DNA of 64,000 nucleotides from positions 813 through 64,812 of the forward strand of contig MNEU01000005.1 in assembly GCA_001917855.1 (NCBI GenBank). Direction: 5' to 3'. Source of the stretch: Armatimonadetes bacterium 13_1_40CM_64_14. Lineage in GTDB: Bacteria; Sysuimicrobiota; Sysuimicrobiia; Sysuimicrobiales; Kaftiobacteriaceae. The notes under the pieces were generated by a model. It worked only from the letters and a program-made list of their open reading frames with translations, was not told the DNA's origin and searched no databases. A program made the position numbers and the translations under genes. Below, piece after piece: positions 54,866 through 64,000 of this stretch. Every line of letters begins with the position of its first letter. Positions within the stretch are counted from its first letter, which is position 1.

Positions 54866-55609
54866 ATGAAACGGAGCGAAATTGTGACAACCATCGCTAT
54901 CCACTCTCCTCTCAGGCCGAGCAGCAACGGTGGGATCAGTGCGCTCATCGTGAGCATGGGTCTCGTGGTCGTTTTAGGGGCTGCCATCTGTCACGTCAGC
55001 ACCGCCACACACACTCTGGCAGGCGCGGGCGTGACCCCACGGCCGTCGGCTAACCTCTCCGAATATCGGTTCGTGACCCTGGGGCAGCGGCTACCCCTGG
55101 GCCTCCGCGCCTCCCCGACTCTCTCCACCCCGCGGGGTTTGCGGCGAGTCTTTCAGCCCCGTCGGATAGTGCTGATAGAGCGGCTATATCGCGTCACCGC
55201 TGTCGACGGTGTCAGCGTGCGTCAGACGCTGATCGGAGAACGGTCCATGCGCACACCTCTAGATCAGCTCGCTCACCTGGGGACGTGGGTCCAGACGGCC
55301 TCCCGCGGACTGTTTGCAGGGTACGAGTATCTGGACATGGTGGCCACTGCCTACGCTCCGCATTGCTGCCAGGGCGTGGGGGAGATTACGGCGACCGGGA
55401 CGAAGGCGGGTCCCGGCGTGGTGGCCGTGGACCCGGCGGTGATCCCGCTCGGCAGCCATGTGTACGTCGAGGGGTACGGTCACGCGATTGCGGGTGATAT
55501 CGGCGGGGCGATCAAGGGCCGCCGGATTGATCTGGGGTTCCCCACAAAGGACGCCGCGCTGCAGTACGGGGTCCAGCGCGTTAGAGTTTATCTCCTCACG
55601 CCTAATTAG
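54866..55609 (+). CDS. 3D (MltA-like barrel) domain-containing cell-wall protein
   Basis: C-terminal VVAVDPAVIPLGSHVYVEGYGHAIAGDIGGAIKGRRIDLGF 3D-domain motif. N-terminal TM segment. Confidence 0.65.
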   Translation: MKRSEIVTTIAIHSPLRPSSNGGISALIVSMGLVVVLGAAICHVSTATHTLAGAGVTPRPSANLSEYRFVTLGQRLPLGLRASPTLSTPRGLRRVFQPRRIVLIERLYRVTAVDGVSVRQTLIGERSMRTPLDQLAHLGTWVQTASRGLFAGYEYLDMVATAYAPHCCQGVGEITATGTKAGPGVVAVDPAVIPLGSHVYVEGYGHAIAGDIGGAIKGRRIDLGFPTKDAALQYGVQRVRVYLLTPN

Positions 55610-55667
55610 CCGCTCACACGGGGCGCTCAGGTCCCGGGCGGGACCGTCGAGCCGAGATCCTGTTAGG

Positions 55668-56597
55668 ATGATGATGATGCCATCTGACGGAGTTGACGCT
55701 GTCGTCACGCCGGGCGGCACCGCCCGTGTTCTGCGGACGTTGGGGGTGCGCCCGCGTAAACGTTGGGGGCAACATTTCCTTGTCGATGCGCACGCTTTGA
55801 CGCAGATTCTGTCCGCTGCAGATCTGTCGATGCATGACACCGTCTTGGAAGTCGGCGCCGGATTGGGGACGCTGACTACTGCTCTGGCCCCGCGCGTGCG
55901 GCGTGTGATTGCCGTGGAGGTGGACGAGACCTTGGTGCCGTCCTTGCGGTCCGCGGTCGCCCCGTGGGGCAACGTGCAGGTCATCTGTGCTGACATCATG
56001 ACACTGGATCGCACCGCGCTGTTTGCGGGGGACGACAGTCCTCGGAAGGTCGTAGCCAACCTGCCTTACAACCTAGCCTCGGCTCTGATCGTCGCGTTGC
56101 TGGAGCAACCGTTGGGGCTCCGACGGCTCGTGGTGACCGTCCAGCGCGAGGTGGCCTCCCGTATGGCGGCGCGTCCCGCGACGTCTGAGTACGGGGTCTT
56201 GTCGATCGCTGTGCAGTATCGCGCCGATGTGTCGGTTGTGGAGTATCTGCCGGCGTCAGCGTTTTTCCCTGCTCCTGAGGTGGAGTCGGCGGTGGTGCGG
56301 TTGGATGTGCGGGCGCAGCCAGCCTGTGTGGTCCACGACGAAACTCTGTTCTTCCGGGTCGTGCGCGCGGCCTTCAGTCAGCGTCGGAAGACGATCCGTA
56401 ACGCCCTGGCTGGCGGGGTCCCGATGCCTGCGGCTGACGCGGCGGAGGCCTGCCAGCGCGCGGGGATCGCGCCGATGCGGCGCGGGGAGACGCTCGACCT
56501 GGCAGAATTTGCCGCTCTCACAGAAACGGTGGCCCCGATGCTGTCCGGTCCAAAGGAAGGCCCGCAGGGCCGCGGAAGGCGTCGCGCGCGACCATGA
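55668..56597 (+). CDS. rsmA: 16S rRNA (adenine1518/1519-N6)-dimethyltransferase
   Basis: GQHFLVD, VLEVGAGLGTLT and ANLPYN motifs. Confidence 0.85.
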   Translation: MMMMPSDGVDAVVTPGGTARVLRTLGVRPRKRWGQHFLVDAHALTQILSAADLSMHDTVLEVGAGLGTLTTALAPRVRRVIAVEVDETLVPSLRSAVAPWGNVQVICADIMTLDRTALFAGDDSPRKVVANLPYNLASALIVALLEQPLGLRRLVVTVQREVASRMAARPATSEYGVLSIAVQYRADVSVVEYLPASAFFPAPEVESAVVRLDVRAQPACVVHDETLFFRVVRAAFSQRRKTIRNALAGGVPMPAADAAEACQRAGIAPMRRGETLDLAEFAALTETVAPMLSGPKEGPQGRGRRRARP

Positions 56598-57823
56598 CTG
56601 AAGCGTGGCAGCCTCCCTATTCCGCCAGTGCCCGGGTGATGACGCGTTCGCTCATCCGGGAAATGCTCAAGCTTACTCGCCGGGCCGGGATCATTTCGTT
56701 CGCCGGGGGCCTCCCTGATCCGGCGACCTTTCCTGTCGGCGAACTTAAGACCATCACCGCGCGACTGCTGGACCAGGAGGCCCACTTGGTTCTACAGTAT
56801 GGCCCCACCGAGGGGGACGCCCGCCTTCGGGATGCGCTGGCGCAGTGGATGGCGAAGGACGGCATTAAGATCCCTCCCCAGCGGGTGCTCATCACGTTGG
56901 GTTCACAGCAGGGGCTGGATCTCGTCGGGCGCATCTTCCTCGATCCCGGCGATCTGGTGGTTGTTGAACTACCGTCGTACATGGCTGCGCTGCAGGTCTT
57001 CCGCGGGTATCGCGCCGAGATGATCGGCGTCCCGCTCGATGAGGACGGCATGCGCACCGACATACTGGAGCGGACGTTAGCGGATCTGGCGCGCAAGGGG
57101 AGGCGTCCGAAGTTCCTGTACGTGGTTCCCGATTTTCAGAATCCGTCGGGTCTGACGCTGTCCCACGAGCGCCGGCAGCGGGTGCTCGATATCGCGCGGG
57201 AGTACCAGGTGCTGGTCGTCGAGGACAACCCGTATCGGGAGCTCCGGTTTGAGGGGACCGCGCCGCCCCCTTTGGCGGCGTTGGATCGCGACGGCGTGGT
57301 GATCTACCTGTCCACGTTCAGCAAAACCCTCTGCCCAGGCCTGCGCATCGCCTGGTTGGCGGCGTCGGATGAGATCATTCGCCAGTGTGTAATCGCGAAG
57401 CAGGCGATGGATCTTTGCTGCCCGGCTCTAACGCAGGCCATTGCCGCAGACTTCTGTGCGAGCGGACTCATCTACAGCCGGGTTCCCCAGATCGTTGAGC
57501 TGTACCGCCGCAAGCGAGATGTCATCCTCACCGCGCTGGCACGCGAGATGCCGGATGGCGTCACGTGGTCGCATCCTCAGGGCGGGCTGTTTTTGTGGGT
57601 GACGCTCCCCCAAGGGATGGATACCGAAACGCTCCTGCCCGCAGCGGTGGAGGAAGAACGTGTGGCCTATGTCCCGGGCGTGGGCTTCCACGCCGACGGT
57701 AGCGGCCGCACCACCATGCGGCTAAACTTCTCTTTTCCATCGGAAGCCGATATCGAAGAGGGAATCCGCAGGCTGGCCCGCCTTGTTCGCAAGCACTTGC
57801 CGTCAGTGGTCAAGGCCTCGTGA
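56594..57823 (+). CDS. PLP-dependent aminotransferase (class I/II; LysN/MocR-domain-like)
   Basis: ...YLSTFSKTLCPGLRIAW PLP-lysine region. ATGA overlap with rsmA. Confidence 0.75.
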   Translation: MTEAWQPPYSASARVMTRSLIREMLKLTRRAGIISFAGGLPDPATFPVGELKTITARLLDQEAHLVLQYGPTEGDARLRDALAQWMAKDGIKIPPQRVLITLGSQQGLDLVGRIFLDPGDLVVVELPSYMAALQVFRGYRAEMIGVPLDEDGMRTDILERTLADLARKGRRPKFLYVVPDFQNPSGLTLSHERRQRVLDIAREYQVLVVEDNPYRELRFEGTAPPPLAALDRDGVVIYLSTFSKTLCPGLRIAWLAASDEIIRQCVIAKQAMDLCCPALTQAIAADFCASGLIYSRVPQIVELYRRKRDVILTALAREMPDGVTWSHPQGGLFLWVTLPQGMDTETLLPAAVEEERVAYVPGVGFHADGSGRTTMRLNFSFPSEADIEEGIRRLARLVRKHLPSVVKAS

Positions 57824-59179
57824 CCGGAGTACGGTCGGCTGCCCCGCAGGGGGCGACGCCACGAGTGCCGCCGTAGGCGGCACCGGCCCTGACACCCTTA
57901 CTGAGTAGAAAGGTTTCAGGTCTGGCGCCACGACGACGGTGATGTCGGCACCGCGACCCGGGGCGTAGGTGACCCTCTGTTGTCCCAACAGGTCAGCGAG
58001 GGCCCGCGCCACCTCCGGGCGCCCGCGGCGACTGATGACCGTGGTCGCCGTTGCGGGCTGCGGGGCCGTGTCGATCCGCACGATGCGGAATCCCAGTCGT
58101 TCCAGCCGGGTGGCGGTGAGCCGGGCGAGTCCCGGGACCCCGCTGCCGTTGAGGACTTCCACCGCGGCTGACGAGAGCGTGCGGACGTCCATCCCCACAA
58201 ACAGATCGGCGACCATGCGCTGCATCTGAGCCTCATCCAAGGCGACATACACCGGCCCGGCTTCGCCGGGCAGCGTGGCGGTGTGGACCTCGTCCGCACT
58301 CCGGCGCATGACGAACAGGGCTAGCGTGAGAAGGTTGGCGGCGCTGAGGTTTGTTTGCGTGTTCTTCCTGAACGCTTGCACCAGGCGCGGGGCCGACAGC
58401 ACAGTGGCGGGAGACTTCAGTCTATGGAAGATCGCCCGCAACACCTTTTGCTGCCGCTGTACCCGGCCGAGATCGCCCTCGCTATCGGAGCGGAACCGGA
58501 TGTATTGTCCAATCTGATCCCCCGAAAACACCTGGCGTCCCTTCTTGAGATTGATGTGCAAGTCCGCCCAGGTGTCGGTATACTGCATGTCCTTCTCGAC
58601 GTCGATCTCGATCCCGCCCAAGGCATCCACGATGCGGGCAAACGAGGCTGCGCCCAGCTTCACGTAGTAGGGTACCGGCACACCCAGCAGGTTCTCGACT
58701 GTCTGGATTGTGAGACGAGGCCCGCCGATCGCATACGCGGTGTTGATCTTTTGGGCGGGGACTCCGGGGATCTGCGCGTACGAGTCGCGCGGGATGGACA
58801 CCGCGTTAATGCGCCGCTGTCGGGGGTCAAAACTGACCAGCATCAACGTGTCCGACCGGGAGTACGGCAACACCCGCCGGCGTTCGTCCATGGTGGAATC
58901 GATACCAATGAGGAGGACGTTGACGCGCCGCTGGAGGCGTAACGGCCAGCCGAACGGACGCAGGGCGGCAGGGGGGGTGAGCGCGCTGGTCGTGCTCGTA
59001 AACGCTTTGCCGTGCGTTGTGAAGTACAGAGCAACCCCGACGGCCGCGCCGATCAAAAGCATCGGACAGGCAATCCACGGCCAGCGCGGGGGGACGTCCC
59101 AAATGCGCGGCGTCGTGCGCCGCCGAGTCGCCCCAGGCCGTTCAGGGCCGGCTGTTGGGGGTTCGCCTTGCAGGTTCAT
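57803..59179 (-). CDS. LCP (LytR-CpsA-Psr) family cell-envelope phosphotransferase with a LytR_C domain
   Basis: N-terminal TM segment. LCP core (...VLLIGIDS...RSDTLMLVSF...NAVSIPRDSY). Confidence 0.75.
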   Translation of the reverse strand: MNLQGEPPTAGPERPGATRRRTTPRIWDVPPRWPWIACPMLLIGAAVGVALYFTTHGKAFTSTTSALTPPAALRPFGWPLRLQRRVNVLLIGIDSTMDERRRVLPYSRSDTLMLVSFDPRQRRINAVSIPRDSYAQIPGVPAQKINTAYAIGGPRLTIQTVENLLGVPVPYYVKLGAASFARIVDALGGIEIDVEKDMQYTDTWADLHINLKKGRQVFSGDQIGQYIRFRSDSEGDLGRVQRQQKVLRAIFHRLKSPATVLSAPRLVQAFRKNTQTNLSAANLLTLALFVMRRSADEVHTATLPGEAGPVYVALDEAQMQRMVADLFVGMDVRTLSSAAVEVLNGSGVPGLARLTATRLERLGFRIVRIDTAPQPATATTVISRRGRPEVARALADLLGQQRVTYAPGRGADITVVVAPDLKPFYSVRVSGPVPPTAALVASPPAGQPTVLRSRGLDH

Positions 59180-59424
59180 CGTCTCTGGGTCTAGGGGGAT
59201 GACTCCCCCAGGCTACCGAAACGGTACCCATCATACGCTTCGTCAAGACATGGGGCAACGTGGGGATCCCCCCCGGCGGATGTGACGTTCGCCCGCAAGG
59301 AGTTTGGCCAGCGCGTACCTAACCATAGATATGGATTCCACGTGACGTCGAGAGTCGTATCCCTCATCCCTAGTCCCGCGACCACATCCTCACCATTAGA
59401 TCGCCCTGCGGAGGTGCACCCGCC

Positions 59425-60333
59425 ATGCCTGTAGAGGTGGGCAAGCCGGTGGAGGGAGGAAAGCCGGTGAAGGAGCTCCGTCTCAACGCCTACGCGAAAG
59501 TGAATTTGACCCTGAATGTCTTGGGGGAGCGCCCCGACGGCTATCACGAAATTGAATCCGTGATGCATACCATCGCGCTGCATGATTCGCTCACGCTGCG
59601 CGAGGCCGGCGCGGGGGTAGAGGTCATCGCGCATGGCAACGAGGTCCCGAGCGACCATCGCAACCTCGTAGCGCGCGCCGCAGCGCTCCTGCGAGAAACC
59701 TTCGGCGTGGAGCGCAATGTCCAGATCGAGCTCACCAAAAGCGTCCCCGTGGCCGCCGGGTTAGGCGGCGGCAGCTCGGACGCGGCCGTGACGTTGCTCG
59801 GGCTGGCCCAGATGTGGAAGCTTCGCGTCGACGGTCGGGATCTTCTGGCGCTCGCCGGGAAATTGGGATCGGATATCCCCTTTTTCCTGGAAGGTGGAGC
59901 GGCGATTGCCCGCGGGCGGGGGGAACGGCTGACCCTTCTGCCGCCGTTGCCGACGACATGGATGGTTCTGGCCCGGCCCCGCGTGGCTGTCTCGACCGAG
60001 TGGGCTTACCGACAGTTCAACCCAATGGTGGTCAGCTCGCGCCCGGACTCCGTTGCGATGGGTACAGCGATCAAGCGGGAAGACGTCCGCGAGGTAGGCC
60101 GGCTGCTCGCCAATGTGTTTGAGCCCCTGATCTACTCCGTGCACCCGGGCGTGGCCGACCTGAAGGCGCGTCTGCTGCGAGGGGAATGCTATGGGGCGGG
60201 TCTGAGCGGGACAGGCCCCACGGTCTTCGGGCTTATGGCTAATGAAGCAGCTGCGCGCAAAGTCGCCGCCGATCTCCAAGCTCTTCCCGATGTGGATGTG
60301 CAGGTGACGCGCACGTTTGCAGAGATGCGGTAA
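59425..60333 (+). CDS. ispE: 4-diphosphocytidyl-2-C-methyl-D-erythritol kinase
   Basis: AKVNLTL, PVAAGLGGGSSDAA GHMP motifs. The start may be a few codons downstream. Confidence 0.85.
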   Translation: MPVEVGKPVEGGKPVKELRLNAYAKVNLTLNVLGERPDGYHEIESVMHTIALHDSLTLREAGAGVEVIAHGNEVPSDHRNLVARAAALLRETFGVERNVQIELTKSVPVAAGLGGGSSDAAVTLLGLAQMWKLRVDGRDLLALAGKLGSDIPFFLEGGAAIARGRGERLTLLPPLPTTWMVLARPRVAVSTEWAYRQFNPMVVSSRPDSVAMGTAIKREDVREVGRLLANVFEPLIYSVHPGVADLKARLLRGECYGAGLSGTGPTVFGLMANEAAARKVAADLQALPDVDVQVTRTFAEMR

Positions 60334-60448
60334 GGGGTCACGGGTCGTCCCGCGCTTGTCCAGTGGAAGTGATCCCTGTCCGTCTTCTAGAGAATCGTCA
60401 TGCGCCCCGGCGCAGGCGTGCAGGAAATCCAATAGGAGGTGACGTGGC

Positions 60449-60841
60449 TTGAGTTATCTTGCTGTCATCGTGGCCGCAATTGCGCAATTTTTCCTCGGAT
60501 TCCTCTGGTACGGTCCTCTCTTTGGCAAGACATGGAGGTCGCTGATGGGGGTGAATCAGCAATCCATGAGCGGCGGGGGGATGGGAAAGACCCTCGTCTG
60601 GAGCTTCATTGGCTCCTTGGTGACGGCGGCGGTGCTCCGCAAACTCGCAACCATGGTTGGGACCCATTCGCTGGGTGGTGGGGTCGCGCTCGGAGCCATG
60701 GTCTGGCTGGGGTTCATTGCCACGGTCACATTAGCCAGCGTCCTCTACGAAAAACGGTCGGTGAATCTCTACGTCCTCAATAACGGATACCAGCTTGTCT
60801 CGCTGGTCGTCATGGGCGCAATCGTGGCGGCGTGGCGCTGA
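60449..60841 (+). CDS. DUF1761-family membrane protein
   Basis: 130 aa and 4 TM segments. ...FLWYGPLFGK.W motif. Confidence 0.6.
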   Translation: MSYLAVIVAAIAQFFLGFLWYGPLFGKTWRSLMGVNQQSMSGGGMGKTLVWSFIGSLVTAAVLRKLATMVGTHSLGGGVALGAMVWLGFIATVTLASVLYEKRSVNLYVLNNGYQLVSLVVMGAIVAAWR

Positions 60842-60903
60842 CATAGCCCAGCCGTAGGCGCCGTGACACACACCTTCTCTACCCCGGCAGCGTTGCGCTG
60901 CCA

Positions 60904-61686
60904 TTGGCTGTAACTTCTTCTCCTAGCGTGGTTGATGCTATCGTACTGGCGGGAGGCGGCCCCGAGCCGGGGCTGCCTCCCGGCGTCCCCAACAAAGGGT
61001 TTGTGGCAGTGGCAGGCCACCCCCTGGTGGCGTACGTCGTGGCCGCACTGCAGCGTGCCCGAGGGATCGGCCGGATCGCGGTCGTTGGGCCGCCCGCGCT
61101 GCAGACGGTACTGCCCAGCGGACTGCTCCTGGTCGCTGAGGCCGGCGGCATCATGGACAACGTCGTACAAGCCACGCGTGCCCTCGGGAACAGTGGATCG
61201 GTTCTTGTCGCCGCATCCGACGTGCCGCTGCTGACCGGCGAGGTCGTAGAGGAGTTCTTGACTGCCTGTGCCCGGCAGCCCTCCGATTTTCACTATGCTG
61301 TCGTCCCCAAGGCCGCGATGGATCAGCAGTTTCCCACCGCCCAGAAGACCTACGTGACTCTGACGGACGGAACGTTCTGCGGCGGGAACCTGATGCTGTT
61401 CAATCCCCGCGTAGTGGACCGGGTACAGCCGTTTGTGGAGCGCGTGATCGCCGCCCGCAAGAAACCCTGGCTCATGGCGCAGCTGTTCGGCTGGGCAACT
61501 GTCATGAAGATGATCTCCCACCAGCTCAGCATCGCTGATCTCGTGACGCGGGTGACGGAGGTCGTCGGAATTAGTGTGCAGCCGGTGATCATTCCGCGAC
61601 CAGAGGTCGCGCTGGATGTCGACGTGGGCAAACCGGACAACCTGGAGTTAATTCGCCACGCCCTGGAACAGCGAGGTCGGCCCTAA
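60904..61686 (+). CDS. nucleotidyltransferase-family protein (MobA-like NTP-transferase fold)
   Basis: AIVLAGGG...G.PNKG...VAG.PL N-terminal NTP-transferase signature. Confidence 0.55.
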   Translation: MAVTSSPSVVDAIVLAGGGPEPGLPPGVPNKGFVAVAGHPLVAYVVAALQRARGIGRIAVVGPPALQTVLPSGLLLVAEAGGIMDNVVQATRALGNSGSVLVAASDVPLLTGEVVEEFLTACARQPSDFHYAVVPKAAMDQQFPTAQKTYVTLTDGTFCGGNLMLFNPRVVDRVQPFVERVIAARKKPWLMAQLFGWATVMKMISHQLSIADLVTRVTEVVGISVQPVIIPRPEVALDVDVGKPDNLELIRHALEQRGRP

Positions 61687-61723
61687 GCCGCCACGCGCTG
61701 TGTCTGCCCGGCCGGGAGGTCTG

Positions 61724-62554
61724 ATGCCCGAGCGAACGCATAGCGGCCGTCTCCGCCGCGGCGAGCGGATGGTTGTGATGGCTTACCACCTGCTGAACGC
61801 CCCGTACCGGCTGTTCTCGTTGGGCACGTTCGTCGAACTCCTCAGCGCGGCAAAGTCGACGGTGAGCGAAGACCTCAGCTTCGTGCGCCAAGCGTTTGAC
61901 CGATTTCAGCTGGGGAAGGTGGAAACGTTAGCCGGTGCCGCGGGAGGTGTGCGGTACCTGCCCATCCCGGGGAAGGAGCGCATGCGTAGCCTTGTGGAGG
62001 AACTCTGCCAACGGCTGCGCGATCCCACCCGCCTACTGCCCGGAGGGTTTCTCTACACTAGCGACCTTAGCTCCACGCCGCGCTACGCGACTGCACTCGG
62101 CGAAGCCCTGGCCGGCCTGTTTGGTGAGAATCGGCCGGACGTGGTTCTCACGGTAGAGGTGAAGGGAATCCCGTTGGCCCTGATGACGGCGCGCGCGTTC
62201 GACGTCCCGCTGGTCACGATTCGCCGCGGCGCGCATGTCACTGAGGGGCCGGCGGTGAGTGTCAACTACGTGTCGGGGTCCTCGAAGACCGTCCAATCGA
62301 TGACGCTGCCGCTACGCGCCGTCATGCCCGGATCCAAGGTCTTGTTTATTGATGACTTCCTCCGAGCGGGCGGCACGGCCCGTGGGGTGCACGACCTGAT
62401 GCGCGAGTTTCGCGCCGAGGTCATCGGCATTGGCGTCTTTATCGAAACCACGGCACCGCGCCAGAAGATGATCGACCGTTATGTGTCCCTCATCGAGTTT
62501 GGAGGCGTCAACGATCGCGGAGAGATTCTCGTCTCTCCGAGCCGCTGGTTATGA
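61724..62554 (+). CDS. purR: pur operon repressor (Bacillus-type PurR with a PRTase domain)
   Basis: Aligns along its length with B. subtilis PurR (...VEVKGIPLA..., VSINYVSGSS, VLFIDDFLRAGGT). RBS GGGAGG 5 nt before the ATG. Confidence 0.85.
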   Translation: MPERTHSGRLRRGERMVVMAYHLLNAPYRLFSLGTFVELLSAAKSTVSEDLSFVRQAFDRFQLGKVETLAGAAGGVRYLPIPGKERMRSLVEELCQRLRDPTRLLPGGFLYTSDLSSTPRYATALGEALAGLFGENRPDVVLTVEVKGIPLALMTARAFDVPLVTIRRGAHVTEGPAVSVNYVSGSSKTVQSMTLPLRAVMPGSKVLFIDDFLRAGGTARGVHDLMREFRAEVIGIGVFIETTAPRQKMIDRYVSLIEFGGVNDRGEILVSPSRWL

Positions 62555-62762
62555 TCAGCGGAGGGGTTTTATCGCAGGGTCCCCCAGGCAAAGCCGGAAC
62601 GGCCTCCTCGGCATCGATCGGCGAGGATACGGAAGGGCCTAGCCGGACGGGGCGCTGAGGTTCTGGGACGGCCCTGAACCTTAAGGAAACGCGGGGGCGA
62701 CGTCTGTGTGGCGACGCTCCCGTCGCGCCCGAGTAGTGGACAAAGGCACGGGGCCTCGGACA

Positions 62763-62788
62763 TAATGAGTGAGTACTCATTCATTATA
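62763..62788. promoter_or_regulatory. 26-bp near-perfect palindrome ATAATGAGTGAGTACTCATTCATTAT, candidate TetR-family operator overlapping a -10-like CATAAT
   Basis: One mismatched pair, centre GTAC. Lies 14 nt upstream of the tetR ATG. Confidence 0.55.
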
Positions 62789-62801
62789 GAGCGGAGCGCC
62801 G

Positions 62802-63494
62802 ATGCCGCGCGTGAGTCCCGCTGCCAAGGTTCGCCTGGAGGATACTCGCCGGTCGCAGATCCTGGCCGCTGCCGCACTGATCTTTGCCCGCAAGGGTTTC
62901 GACCGGGCGACGATCGCCGACATTGCCCAGGCGGCCGGGCTGGCTGAAGGCAGTATCTACAACTACTTCCGCAGCAAAGACGAGCTACTCGCCCACCTCC
63001 CTCGCCAGCTGGCGCAACCCGTACTCACGACGTTGCTCGACCGCCTCCCCTTGCCGGCGTCCGCGGAGGAGATGGAAGCGTTTCTCCTTCAGCTTGGGAC
63101 CGCGTTCGTTGCACGCGTGCGGACACACGCGCGGTTGTTTAAAGTCTTCTTTTCGGCCCTCCCACACCTCAGCCCATCCGCACGCGCCACCTATCTGCAA
63201 CTGGTGCAGATCCACGCCGCTGCCAGGCTCGAGCGCATGTTGCGCGACGGTGTCCGTGCCGGCTACCTCCGTAAAGATCTCAACCCGGCGATCGCCGCCC
63301 GGGTGTTTCCGGGGATGCTGTTCATCTTTCTGATGGTCCAAGAAGTGCTGGTCGGGCGACGGATGGTTCCTTACGAGTACGATGTGATCGTCCCGGAAGT
63401 GGTCCAGCTGTTTCTCTATGGGTCCGCGTCGCGACCGCGCGCGACCCGACGACCGGCCGGTCTCCGGGCCCAAGGGAGGCACAGACTCACGTGA
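62802..63494 (+). CDS. TetR/AcrR-family transcriptional regulator
   Basis: N-terminal HTH ...RSQILAAAALIFARKGFDRATIADIAQAAGLAEGSIYNYF. Confidence 0.8.
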   Translation: MPRVSPAAKVRLEDTRRSQILAAAALIFARKGFDRATIADIAQAAGLAEGSIYNYFRSKDELLAHLPRQLAQPVLTTLLDRLPLPASAEEMEAFLLQLGTAFVARVRTHARLFKVFFSALPHLSPSARATYLQLVQIHAAARLERMLRDGVRAGYLRKDLNPAIAARVFPGMLFIFLMVQEVLVGRRMVPYEYDVIVPEVVQLFLYGSASRPRATRRPAGLRAQGRHRLT

Positions 63495-64000
63495 GAAACT
63501 GGCGATCGATGCTGGGGATGGTGCTTCTTGTGGTGGAGTTGATCACTTTTATCGCGCCGGCGTCCGCCCAGGCGCAGCCCACAGCGCTCACGCAAACCCA
63601 GGCGTTGACCATAGCGCTGCAGCAAAACCCGCAATTGCGCGTCGCGGCCTTTGAGGTCCTGGTGGCGCGGGCGCAGCTGGCCCAGGCTCGAGCCGGAACA
63701 GCAGTCCAGGCGTCGGTCCAGGGGAGCTACACGCGCACGCAGGATGGAGTCGTGACGACGATTCCGGTGTCGCAGCAGCCTACAGGGGGGCCCCCCATAG
63801 TGGGGTATCTCATCATCCCCGCCGCCTCATCAAATATCTACGACGCGCGCTTTGTCCTCCAATACCCCTTGTACTCGGGGGGGCGCATCGAGGCACAAGT
63901 CGCGATGGCTGAGGCTAACCTGCGGGGTGCGGACGCCACGTTTGAGCGAGTCAAGCAGCAGATCGTCTTCGGCGTGCGGCAGGCGTATTTCTCCTTGTTG
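63491..64000 (+). CDS. TolC-family outer-membrane efflux protein (N-terminal part; runs off the window)
   Basis: Signal peptide, then TolC-like ...LTQTQALTIALQQNPQLRVAAFEV...AQA. 4-nt overlap with tetR. Confidence 0.7.
   Translation, partial: MRNWRSMLGMVLLVVELITFIAPASAQAQPTALTQTQALTIALQQNPQLRVAAFEVLVARAQLAQARAGTAVQASVQGSYTRTQDGVVTTIPVSQQPTGGPPIVGYLIIPAASSNIYDARFVLQYPLYSGGRIEAQVAMAEANLRGADATFERVKQQIVFGVRQAYFSLL

Noticed and set aside
1-64000. CRISPR arrays, rRNA or tRNA genes, integrons and phage-like blocks.
   Set aside because: No regularly spaced direct repeats and no rRNA or tRNA signatures were seen. There are no integrase, capsid or terminase ORFs. The only mobile DNA is the three IS elements.

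Overview
High-GC (~68-70%) bacterial chromosomal segment, gene-dense and mostly housekeeping. Several markers suggest a high-GC Firmicutes-like lineage: ispE...purR synteny, an S-box riboswitch, a GerMN protein, cspA, a Bacillus-type PurR, and TolC/LCP envelope genes. It nevertheless carries F420 genes (FNO, CofE). I call about 60 CDS: tsaC, rpiB, upp, dCMP deaminase, rplY, pth, H+-PPase, cbiA, pncB, dinB, two M16 peptidases, aqpZ, pepA, speH, a YdiJ-like FAD/Fe-S dehydrogenase, mcm-meaB-epimerase, rsmA, ispE, purR, tetR-tolC and others. No rRNA, tRNA or CRISPR arrays were recognised. Three mobile elements are present. Two diverged IS200/IS605-family TnpB-only (IS1341-like) copies sit in inverted orientation about 27 kb apart. 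Copy 1 is cut by the window start and copy 2 has disrupted a VOC-family gene. An IS481/ISNCY-like DDE element lies immediately upstream of cbiA. The strongest regulatory or novel signals are: (i) a textbook SAM-I riboswitch with terminator in front of thrB, a threonine-synthase paralogue and a MoaD/ThiS-like carrier that has a GG+8 aa tail, which fits a riboswitch-controlled O-phosphohomoserine to homocysteine (MetM/MetO-type) methionine route; (ii) an Hfq (Sm) domain at the C-terminus of a 385-aa ORF; (iii) a consensus promoter followed directly by a hairpin/U-tract and a strong-SD 48-codon ORF upstream of a SufT-like gene; (iv) a NUDIX-methyltransferase fusion; (v) a translationally coupled unknown gene downstream of dinB; (vi) a 26-bp operator palindrome in front of tetR-tolC.
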